From positions 320,001 to 384,000 of the forward strand of contig OY969561.1 in the NCBI GenBank assembly GCA_963701085.1: DNA of 64,000 bases, read 5' to 3'. The notes under the pieces were generated by a model, which did no database searches, was not told the DNA's origin, and saw nothing but the letters and a program-made list of their open reading frames with translations. Of the stretch, positions 9,916-19,663 are shown piece by piece. The position numbers and the translations under genes were made by a program. The DNA is from an uncultured bacterium (GTDB lineage: Bacteria > Babelota > Babeliae > Babelales > Vermiphilaceae). The first letter of the stretch is position 1; each line of letters starts with the position of its first letter.

Positions 9916-10150
9916 TATTCTTCCATGTGTTTGTATGCAGTTTTAATATCTTTATCTTGTGATTTTTTATCACCAGCATTGGTTATAGTATTTAAAGAGA
10001 GAGAACGTCTGGTCTCTTAAGATATCAGAAATTTGACTTTTGAGGGTATATTGTTTTTTTATAGCAAATTTTTTTTTCGCCAGTCATACTTTTTATAATT
10101 GACTAGATAAACCATTATTCCAAACAAATTTAATTAAAGTAAGGTATATA

Positions 10151-11509
10151 ATGAAATCTCAAAAAATTATCTCATTAAATCCTAGCAAAAATTATGAAGT
10201 GATTGGAGAAGTTGATCCTTCAACACGTCATGAAATAGATACAAAAATTATTAAATGCTCGTAAAGCACAACCAGCATGGTCACATCTCACTGTTGGTGA
10301 AAGAGTTACATTCTTGAAAAATTGAATCAAGAATTTATAACAAGAAAAAATGATATACGATCTATCTCGCAAAAAATGGGTATACTCATTTCGTTTGTAA
10401 TCAAATAGATATTAATTCTCATTTAATTTTTATGCGAGGAAATTTATTTTGCCCAACAATGGCTTACGCTTGAAATCACTTAATGAAACCAAGGAAGAAA
10501 ATCATAATCTTTTTTTTAACAAAAAAGAGTGCGGGAGATAATTTTCTTCGAAAAATCCTTTTACTCTTTTTATCTGGGAGGTAATGCAAAATTCGATTGT
10601 TGGAAATAGTAGTTTATAAATCTGGAGAAAAATGTTCGCTTACCGGAAACTTTTAGAAGAGATAATGCAATCAGCAACCTTGATGGGTTTTTAATGCGGT
10701 ATATGGTGATGGTAGTGACATTGGTGAGTATTGATGAAAAGCTGAATCGATCTTATTTGGTTTACGGGAAACACCGGTCTGGGGAGAACATTCAAATAAA
10801 AATGCTTCTCAAAGAGTAATTCCTGCAATTTTAGAGCTCGGTGGTTCAGCGCAGGAATTGTTTTTAAAGATGCTGATATACAAATGACTATTGAATCAAT
10901 TTATTTTCATCGTTTTATTAAATAGTGGCAAATTTGCCATGGACTCAAGCGCCTATGGTGCGGCAGTATTATTTTTGATGCAGTAGTTCAGGGATAAATA
11001 TTTAATACTCGCTAAAAGAGTTGCGCCTGCGGATATTGATAAGTGATCTTGGTTTATTGTTGCTGAACTAAGTAGTAAATCTTGAACAACAACTTGTGAT
11101 GCATTACAAAAAGGCGACAAATATTGTAGGCGGAAAACATTATGTCAATTAAAAGGTGCTTATTAACGAACCAATTATTCTTAGAATATACATTTGATAT
11201 GGCTGTGTGGAAAGAAGAAGTCTTTGGCCCAGTGTTGCCTATTATTCCTTTTGATTCTGAAGATGAAGCGATAGCATTCGCAAACGATTCTCAATATGGT
11301 CTTGGTGGTTATATATATACGCAAAATAAAGAACGTGCATTAAAGGTAGGCCGGCATTACAAACTGGTAACATTAGTATTAATGAGCAAATTATGTGATT
11401 CCACAAGATCCATTTGGTGGATACAAAAATTCAGGGCTTGGTCGCGAACATGGCAAAAGAAGGCTTGCGTGAATTATGTTCACTCAAACTGATAGCGTTA
11501 AAAAAATAA
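10151..11509 (+). pseudogene. Aldehyde dehydrogenase, many frameshifts
   Basis: Fragments MKSQKIISLNPS, WFTG, LELGGS, NSGQ/K-C and EEVFGPVLPIIPFDSEDEAIAFANDSQYGL, plus PFGGYKNSGLGREHG, lie in different frames. Confidence 0.85.
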
Positions 11510-11594
11510 GAGAAAAAGCGTCTAGTTGGCGCCACTTCTTCTGTGTTGAATAAAAAATAGGCGACTGTATAAAAAACCACCGCCTGATTTTATT

Positions 11595-12848
11595 TAACGT
11601 TTATCGTCTTTTATATTCAAACGGGTTATCGTTTAAATTTTGTTTCAATTAAAGTTGAATGCAATTATTTTTTGAACATCATCGGGCACATCATGCTGAT
11701 TAAGACACTCTTTTAATAAAAACCAATAAAGATAAGGTAATTTTTCTGTTGTATTATAAAGTACCTCAAAAGGAACTGGAAGAGTTATGCATTTATCAGG
11801 TAGCACAACCATGAGTTTTTTTCCATCGGGTGAAAAAGCAATATTTTTATGAATGTGACGGCTGCGACGTAGGGAAGGGTGGCATTGTTGTGATGAGTTG
11901 CTGAGTTATAACATCCCAATAGAATACAATTTGATGAGGTTCATGATCGATACATAATGGCATTACTGTTGCTAAAACAGCACTGTTTGGGTGGAACAAT
12001 ATATCTACCCAGGTATCATCTGCAGAATATTGAATAGCAGTGAGCGTATCAGTGACCGGATTTATTATGAATTGTATTTTTTATTGTTGGTAGCTTAATT
12101 TTTTCTGGAATCCAAAGTGTTGTTTTGAGTCGTATGTTTTATGATATAAACAGCTTTGTTTCCATTTTGAACTGCTATCAGGGATCCATTAGGGCTGCAG
12201 AGTATATGAGTAGGATTGCAATGGTAGCCTAATCCGATTCTGTCTGTTTGCTGTAATGTAGTTGGCTATAAATTTCTATGCATGGATTTGAAAACCAGCC
12301 GCCAATAGGATGGCACATATAAACAATTTTTTGTGTTGGATGAAATGCAACAAAAGAAATTCTTCCAGCTCCCATTCTTGCTTATGGCCTGTTTCACAAT
12401 CATAGGACGTACTATAGCCATAACTGTCTTCCAGTAGGATATTGTTATGTAATGGATCAAAGACGGGTTTTGTGATAGATAGATGATTTGTTTTATAAGA
12501 ACTTCTAGATCTCCTGAGCTGCTGTATATTGCAGGATTTTTTCCAGCAAAAGCAATTTTTTTGTAGTTGGATGTATTGCAAAATGATGGAGCTTGTACAT
12601 CTATTTTTTTAATTTCCTTATTTGTGGCTGGGTTAATAATACTACATCCATCTTTACCATTAACATAATACGATCTTCTGCAAGATATTCGGCCTGCAAT
12701 GGTTCTTTGATGGAGGTTATTTCTGAAAGAATTTTAGGTTTTTCGAAAAGATTATATTTTTTGAGATCTAATAATTCCTTTCCATTGCAATTGATGAGGA
12801 TACTGCAATTAAACAATGAATGATTATGAGATGTAGATTATTTTTCAT
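11595..12848 (-). pseudogene. Secreted WD40/beta-propeller-like protein, frameshifted
   Basis: Fragments IAFSPDGKKLMVV, FHPNSAVLATV, CSPNGSLIAV; N-terminus MKNNLHLIIIHCLIAVSSSIA-ME. Ends approximate. Confidence 0.5.
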
Positions 12849-13018
12849 GATGTTTTTTTGGCCTTATATTATTTATTTTTGCTAGTAATTAGTATATTTA
12901 AAAATTTATAAAGAATAAATCTTGTTTTGTAGGTAATATAGTGTTTTTTAGGCCATTTTTTTGGTACAATTCTTATATTCCGTTCATGCTTGCCTCGTAG
13001 CTCGTAGAGCGGACTAGG

Positions 13019-13095
13019 GCGCCCGTAGCTCAGTAGGATAGAGCGACAGATTCCTAATCTGTAGGCCACAGGTTCAAATCCTGTCGGGCGCACCA
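13019..13095 (+). tRNA. tRNA-Arg (anticodon CCT)
   Basis: gcgcccgtagctcagtaggatagagcg acagattCCTaatctgt ...ggttcaaatcc...gggcgcacca. Confidence 0.95.
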
Positions 13096-13170
13096 TACTT
13101 TGCTCCTCCTACGGAGGACTATTTTGATACAAAAAAAAGGCTACGTATGGCAGGCCAGTCTTCGTTTATT

Positions 13171-13196
13171 CCGCTCATCCGGAGCCTGTCGAAGGA
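13171..13196 (-). repeat. Minimal REP copy flanked by a 14-bp direct repeat
   Basis: ccgctcatccggagcctgtcgaagga; acgtatggcaggcc occurs at 13143-13156 and 13196-13209. Confidence 0.75.
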
Positions 13197-13212
13197 CGTA
13201 TGGCAGGCCTCG

Positions 13213-14478
13213 CTACTTATCCCACACACTTGCCATAGAAAAGAGTTGGAGATTGGTGAATGTATCGCGAATTTTTCCCTGTTTATCTTTTCGTTTAATC
13301 ACTTTTTTCTCAAAATAGGCATCAGTCAAATCTTTGTATGTTTGATTCCTTCAAACACTTTTCCAATTGGTATTTCATGTAATTTTCCATATCCGTGTGA
13401 GTATGAACGCGCTTCGATAGTAAGTTTTTGTCTGTATCAGAGACAACCATGACATGGCCGCGGATTAAAATAAGATCGCCGTGTGTTAATACTTGTTCAG
13501 GTTTGAGAGGTGCAAGGCAGTGTGGTATGGTTGCGGTATTTTTACAAAAATAAGGAATGCCGCATATTTGTGTTGCGCGTGCAATAGCTCCTGAGCAATC
13601 AAATCCACTTTTTGGTGAATTGGTGTCTTTTTCGTATTCATATGATGAGTAGTCGCTATTGTTGGTTTTGTGTGTTACTTCTTTAAAATTGCCATGAGTT
13701 GTGTGTGCAAAGCTTGTTCCGCCCCATGTGTAAGGAATGCATCCATGTTTGGTGTGAGCCCATTTTTTGAGCAGATTGACGTAATCGGTAATTTGTTCAG
13801 TTTTAGTTTTTGTTGGGTCGGCAATCATGCATTTTTAGATGGTATTTTTATCTGATGCTCTTGCATGGTTTTATAATCAATGGCAAAGACTGTTATGTAA
13901 GAGGGTCTTTTTTTTGTGGTGATGGTACCCGTGTAAAGCGCGTTCCTACGGAAAATGTTGTGTGTAATGTTGTATCATGGTGTGGTTCCGTTAATGTTAC
14001 AACGTCAGGATGTTTGAGTGCGTGGTGTGATTTGTCAGAAAAATCTATAGGGTTTGGCAGATGGGCTGTTGGGATGTTGTGTGCAGTAAGATCATCAAGT
14101 AGTGTAATGTTATTTTTTAATATCCAGTATTGTGCCTGCCTGTCCGCCGATGTCCGCCGTAGCTTTAGCGAAGGCGGATGGAGCAACGTAAAATGCATGA
14201 GCAATGCGTATCTGTGCTTCATCATCAGTAGTTTTTATGACATCAATAATATCGTTATAGAGTAGCTGGTGTAGACGTGGGCATGCATATGTAGAATTGA
14301 TTTGCCCTCCGCAAAATGCTATTGCATGATATGCAGTATGTGGTGATTCATTGGGGCGCATTGTTGTTATTGATTGTCCGAGTAAATCTGCTATTGGTAC
14401 ATTGATAACTGCTTTTTGCGAGGTGTATGTATTAAAACAAGTTAAAGTGCATAGTGCAAGCGATTGGAGTATTTTCAT
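13213..14478 (-). pseudogene. NlpC/P60 (YkfC-like) peptidase with SH3-like N-terminus, split by frameshifts
   Basis: VINVPIADL and QLLYND (SH3b-like), IPYTWGG, GFDCSG, GDLILIRGHV spread over several frames. Confidence 0.8.
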
Positions 14479-14484
14479 GGGATT

Positions 14485-14604
14485 CCTTTGTAGTAAGATT
14501 TTCGTAATTTTTAAGACAAACTCAGGACGAACGGGGAAAAGAAATCTTTTTGCGCCGTTCGCGGTGAGCCTGTTTAACCCCATGTCCAGTGGTGTATCGA
14601 AGGG
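14485..14604. repeat. Degenerate inverted REP doublet
   Basis: actcaggacgaacgg (14520-14534) and ccgttcgcggtgagcc...gtatcgaaggg (14555-14604). Confidence 0.6.
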
Positions 14605-14873
14605 TTTACCCATATTGGAACAAATGAAAATTTCGTGAAATACCATACGAATTTCGTATACAAAGTTAGCATAGCCAAATGATGTTGTTATTAGCCACTG
14701 TTTATGTATGATATTTTTTATTTCTCTTAGAAACATTGATAATTAAATATATTAAATGTTATTATTAATATGAAAAACAAAACAGCAATATACGGTGAAT
14801 AGGGGGATGAGGAAATGGTTAAAATAATAATGGTGATGCTTTTGTGGCTTATGCCACTTTTTGGGAGTGGTAG

Positions 14874-15860
14874 GTGAAGGGAATCGGGATTGGACGTGGA
14901 TATATCGTAAAAATTTTGCAGAAAATCTGCGTACAGCAGATAGAAAACAAAAAATCATTAATGTTTGCGCACGATAATGTTTCTCCATTTACGCAGCTTA
15001 TTTTTTCATGGAATGCATTTCGGCCTGAAGAAGGCCATTTTTCTTTTTACGTACAGGTGCGTGATGCTGCAACAAAAAAATGGGGGACATGGCATCGCAT
15101 GGTTGATTGGGGAAAAGATGTACAGCAGTCATATTTGAGCAAAAGTGATGGGTTTTCTTCATACGTTCATGTGCGCCTGGAAACTGAAAATAAAAAAGGT
15201 GCTGATGCGTTTAAGATAAAAGTTGAGCCGCAAAAATCGGCATCATTATCCTTGGTGCATGGCATTTGCGTGGCGCTTTCTGATTTTAATAGTTTTAAAG
15301 CAGAGTCGCATAAAAATATTGATAGTGGGTTACCGTCTGTTCATCTATCTAATATTCCATCAATTGCGCAATTTGCATTGGAGCATGAAGATAAGGGGCG
15401 TATCTGTTCTCCCGTTTCATGCAGTATGGTTGTTCATTATATGACAGGTAAATATAAAGATCCGCTTGATTTTGCTGCAGGTGCGTTTGATATAGGGCTT
15501 GGTGTGTATGGAAGTTGGGGATGTAATACGGCGCATGCGTTTGAACATTCTGATGGAAAAATACATTTTTTTGTCAGACGCATGAATGGATTTGCTGATA
15601 TACATCAACAATTGGTTCAAAGTTTACCGGTTGTGGTGAGTGTGCGTGGGAATTTGCCTGGTGCTTTAAAACCATTTCCGCAGGGTCATTTGATTGTTGT
15701 TGTTGGGTGGGATAGTGATACGCATGAAGTGTTGTGCCATGATCCTGCTTGCGATAATCATGGTGATGTATTTAAGCGGTATCCTCTTGAGCCTTTCTTG
15801 CGTGCATGGGAGTGTTCTCACAGACTTTCGTATGTTGCTGATCCGGTGCGCAGTAAATAA
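14874..15860 (+). CDS. Peptidase C39-like family protein
   Basis: Q...ICSPVSCSM, GHLIVVVG, HDP motifs. Start uncertain. Confidence 0.8.
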   Translation: MKGIGIGRGYIVKILQKICVQQIENKKSLMFAHDNVSPFTQLIFSWNAFRPEEGHFSFYVQVRDAATKKWGTWHRMVDWGKDVQQSYLSKSDGFSSYVHVRLETENKKGADAFKIKVEPQKSASLSLVHGICVALSDFNSFKAESHKNIDSGLPSVHLSNIPSIAQFALEHEDKGRICSPVSCSMVVHYMTGKYKDPLDFAAGAFDIGLGVYGSWGCNTAHAFEHSDGKIHFFVRRMNGFADIHQQLVQSLPVVVSVRGNLPGALKPFPQGHLIVVVGWDSDTHEVLCHDPACDNHGDVFKRYPLEPFLRAWECSHRLSYVADPVRSK

Positions 15861-15884
15861 ATAGATAATGTATATATGATTTCC

Positions 15885-16016
15885 CCGCTCGCCCTGAGTG
15901 TCCTCCGAAGTGTTAACGGAGGAGGATGAATCGAAGGGGTAAGCGGAAAATATAAAGTCATTGTTCGATTGCACCCTTCGATACTTTTTTGCAAGCAAAA
16001 AAACTCAGGGCGAGCG
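15885..16016. repeat. Inverted REP doublet
   Basis: Minus copy 15885-15938 (cargo gtcctccgaag..ggagga) and plus copy 15974-16016 (cccttcgatac-hairpin-actcagggcgagcg). Confidence 0.85.
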
Positions 16017-16177
16017 CATTAAAACAATCGCAAAATTAAAATTTTAATAGATTTTGTATATTAATAGTTATTTTTTATATTAAATTAAATGTTATTGACT
16101 ATTTGATATTCTAAATGATATTCTTAAACCAGAAAAGGAAATGAATGAGGGAAGCATAAAAAAAATAAGGGGATGAG

Positions 16178-17325
16178 ATGAGTAAGATAATAGAGTATTT
16201 TTTAATACCACTTTTTGTGGTGGTGAGTGTGTTATACGCATTTAATTCATCTGGTAGTGATGGTACTATCCAGTTACATAAGGTGTATCATCATACGACG
16301 CATAGTCCAGTTCTTCTCGAACGGGCGAATGTGTCATTTTATTTTTCAGGTGATCCGCAGGTGCAGGAAATAAAAAGTAAAAAAGCTCAAGATGTGCAAT
16401 CATCTGCTTTTTTTTCCCACAAGCAGTCATTACTAAAGGTGAATGTGAAGCGATGGTTAAACGTTTGAATGATTATCGTGATTGTTACACGGTAACTATT
16501 GAGGAAGTTGCAAGGCCCACAAAAGGAATTATGCTTGTTTTTAATTGTGATCCGAATAAATTTGCCGTCAGTTATGAACGGTTTGATTCTATTGGTTTAC
16601 AAAAAGGAGTTGTTTTTAGGTTGCATAATAAAGAACTTTTAAGGCAAATTGAGCAAGCCAATAATCAACCTGTTTTACGTACTTTGTGGCATACGAGTAA
16701 GCCTTGCATTGCAATTGATCCTGGGCATGGTGGTGCTGACTGTGGGGCGATAGGTCATGGTGGTATTCAGGAAAAAGATATTTGCCTGGCGATTGGTACC
16801 GCGGTGGGTAATTTATTGGAGCAGCATGGATGTTCTGTTGTGCTCACAAGAAACAGTGATTGTTTTATTGCTTTAGATGAACGTACATCCTACGCAAATG
16901 ATCATCATGCCGATCTGTTTGTTTCTATTCATGCAAATTATGCCGCAAATCAGCGCGCGATTGGTGTTGAGACTTTTTGTTTGCAACCATCTTTGTTAAA
17001 ACGTGGCTTTTCTCAGTTATCAGATCGGCAACATGGTATAGTTTCTGATCTGATGAATCAACGGTTTGAAAGTTCATGTGCTTTAGCGCAATCGGTACAG
17101 CGTCATCTTTGTAATGCGGTGTCAGAATTGCATGATGAACCGATTGATCGTAAAGTTAAGCATTCTGTAACACAAGTGCTTCTTGGAGCGCAGATGCCCG
17201 CGGTGCTTGTTGAAGTTGGTTTTGTTTCGCATAAAAAAGAAGCGGCTTTATTACGTGATGTTCAGTATCAAAACAGTGTTGCGCGCGGCATTTGCGATGG
17301 TATTTTATCCGCTATTGCTTCCTAA
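16178..17325 (+). CDS. N-acetylmuramoyl-L-alanine amidase (Amidase_3), one frameshift in the T-run at 16408-16415
   Basis: IAIDPGHGG, QEKD, LTR, ADLFVSIHAN, PAVLVEVGF. The 16178 ORF joins if one T is added. Confidence 0.88.
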
Positions 17326-17464
17326 TCGTTCTTTTAAAAAAACTTATATTTCTTATTGTTGCTTCATTAAAAAGGTGGTACTATACGTTATCCCAACCAC
17401 ATAAACTTTGGTGGGATTTTTTTTATGGTAGGTACTATTCTTTTTAGGTGGGTTAATAGTTGTG

Positions 17465-18889
17465 ATGCATTTTATTTGGGAAGATTTTTTAACTATTGTT
17501 AGAGAAGAGCTTGGTAGCCGTGTTGTAGAAACATGGTTTAAGGCTGTTTCCATGACCAAATGGGATAGTGCTGAAAAAGTTATTTATTTACAAACGCCTA
17601 ATGCATTTGTGTGTAACTGGCTCGAAAAAAATTACCGTTCTGTTTTTCAAACGCATCTTGGACGATTGCTTAATGTTGCTGATCCCAAAGTTGTATTTTT
17701 AACGACATCTTCCAAAAAAAGTGAACCTATTTTAGAGCAAAGTACTGAGTTGCAGGTCTCGCTTAATGATTCTCAAACACCACAGGAAAAAATGTATCGT
17801 CCGGCACAGGTTATTCCGTATGGTGCTAAAAAAAATACACTGACGGTTTCAAAATTGTCAGAACGGTACGGTCATATTAATAAAAAGTATGTGTTTGAAA
17901 CGTTTGTTGTGGGGCCAAGTAATTCTCTTGCGTATGCAGCGGCGTGTGCTGTTGCACAAAAGCCGGGTGAATTATATAATCCATTATTTCTTTATGGAGG
18001 TTCTGGCCTTGGTAAAACACATTTGCTCCACGCAATTGGCAATGCTATTCAAGCGAATAATAAAAAAGCCCTTGTTTTGTATCAAACAGCAGACCGATTT
18101 GTGAGTGAATTTATTAATGCAATTCGCTTTGATAAAATAGATCGCTTCCAAAAGAAATATCAGTTGGTTGATGTATTATTGATTGATGATATTCAATTTA
18201 TTTCTAATAAAGATACAACGCAAGAAGCTTTTTTCCATATTTTTAATTCACTCTACGATGCGCGCAAGCAGATTGTCTTTTCCAGTGACACTTTTCCACA
18301 AAATATTAATGGTATTGCTGAGCGGTTACGTTCACGCTTGTCATCAGGTATGATTGCTGATATTCATCAGCCGTGCATTGAAGTTAAAACAGCTATTTTA
18401 AAAAGAAAAGCTGAATCAAGTGGTGAGGTTTTGAGTGATGAAGTTGCTCATTTCCTGGCATCGCACGTTACTTCTAATATTAGAGAGTTGGAAGGAGCGT
18501 TGATACGAGTAATTGCCTTTGCACATTTAACCAAAGAGCCAATTGATTTGGCGCTGGTTCAAAAAGTTTTTTTTAATGATGATGAAGGTGTGGAAAAACA
18601 ATCAGTTGATTTTAAGGCGGTTGTTAAGGCTATTACAAAGCACTTTCCCTATTCATTGGATGAACTAAGATCAGAGAATAGGAACAAAGAGTTAGTTTTG
18701 GCGCGTCAACTTACTATGTATATCATGAAAAAACACACCAATAGATCTTTGCGAGAAATTGGTGCTTATCTTGGTGACCGTAATCATACAACGGTCAAAC
18801 ATGCGTTATCTAAAATAGAAGAATATCTTATTGAAGATGTAAAACTCCAACGGCAAATGAGCGCGATAGAAAAAGAGTTTGATCGGTAA
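17465..18889 (+). CDS. dnaA: Chromosomal replication initiator DnaA
   Basis: YNPLFLYGGSGLGKTHLL, LLIDDIQF, RLRSR, NIRELEGAL, RNHTTV. Confidence 0.98.
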   Translation: MHFIWEDFLTIVREELGSRVVETWFKAVSMTKWDSAEKVIYLQTPNAFVCNWLEKNYRSVFQTHLGRLLNVADPKVVFLTTSSKKSEPILEQSTELQVSLNDSQTPQEKMYRPAQVIPYGAKKNTLTVSKLSERYGHINKKYVFETFVVGPSNSLAYAAACAVAQKPGELYNPLFLYGGSGLGKTHLLHAIGNAIQANNKKALVLYQTADRFVSEFINAIRFDKIDRFQKKYQLVDVLLIDDIQFISNKDTTQEAFFHIFNSLYDARKQIVFSSDTFPQNINGIAERLRSRLSSGMIADIHQPCIEVKTAILKRKAESSGEVLSDEVAHFLASHVTSNIRELEGALIRVIAFAHLTKEPIDLALVQKVFFNDDEGVEKQSVDFKAVVKAITKHFPYSLDELRSENRNKELVLARQLTMYIMKKHTNRSLREIGAYLGDRNHTTVKHALSKIEEYLIEDVKLQRQMSAIEKEFDR

Positions 18890-18908
18890 ATTACCACTTC
18901 AATGCACA

Positions 18909-19658
18909 CCCTTCGATACATTTTTGCAGGCAAAAACACTCAGGGCGAGCGGTCCTTCGCTACATTTCGAAGACGAAATACTCAGGATGAGCGGAAGAAA
19001 AAAGATTATAATACCAAACCGCTCGCCCTGATCCATCGATACGTTTTGAAGACAAAACACTCAGGATGAACGGAAGAAAAAATAATACCAAACCGCTCGC
19101 CCTGAGTGTTTTTGCTTGCAAAAATGTATCGAAGGGTGCGGATTAATTATCATCTGTTAAATTTTTTCTTTGCTGATAATGAAAGATCTGCCCAATTTCC
19201 TTTAATTAATGCCTCTTTTTTACGTCGGTTCCATTTTTTTATTTGACGTTCAGCATGAAATGCTTCATCTCGGGTCCCAAAGGATTGCACAAACACAATT
19301 TCTATAGGTAAGCGATGGGAAGTATAGCCATTATATTCACTCAGATGGTGTTCAGAAATTCGTTTTTCAATATTATCAGTATGTCCAACATAATAAGAAT
19401 CATCACTACATTTTAAAATATAAGTAAAAAAATCGCTCATTTTACCTCAAAAACATTAATAAACACGTTATTTTTAATGTGCACCCTTCGATACATTTTT
19501 GTAAGCAAAAACACTCAGGGCGAGCGGAGGGGGGACATGTATAATATCTTCCGTGTATTCTGAGTGCCCCATCAGGAGCGTATTGAAGGAACGCTCATTT
19601 CTTCCCGCTCATCCTGAGTGTTCTCCGAAGTTTTAACGTAGGAGAATGTATCGAAGGA
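18909..19658. mobile_element. Putative mobile element: GIY-YIG gene embedded in a REP cluster, bracketed by a 21-bp direct repeat
   Basis: Starts cccttcgatac and ends gtatcgaagga. Flanks aaattaccacttcaatgcaca (18888-18908) and aaactaccatttcaatgcaca (19661-19681). Seven full and one partial REP copies inside. Confidence 0.75.
19150..19440 (-). CDS. Small GIY-YIG nuclease (UPF0213/YhbQ-like)
   Basis: FTYILKCSDDSYYVGHTDNIEKRISEH, EAFHAERQIKKWNRRKKEALI. Confidence 0.92.
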   Translation of the reverse strand: MSDFFTYILKCSDDSYYVGHTDNIEKRISEHHLSEYNGYTSHRLPIEIVFVQSFGTRDEAFHAERQIKKWNRRKKEALIKGNWADLSLSAKKKFNR

Positions 19659-19663
19659 TAAAA

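Noticed and set aside
18909-19136. CRISPR array
   Set aside because: Repeats occur in both orientations, vary internally, the spacers are duplicated rather than unique, and no cas genes are present.
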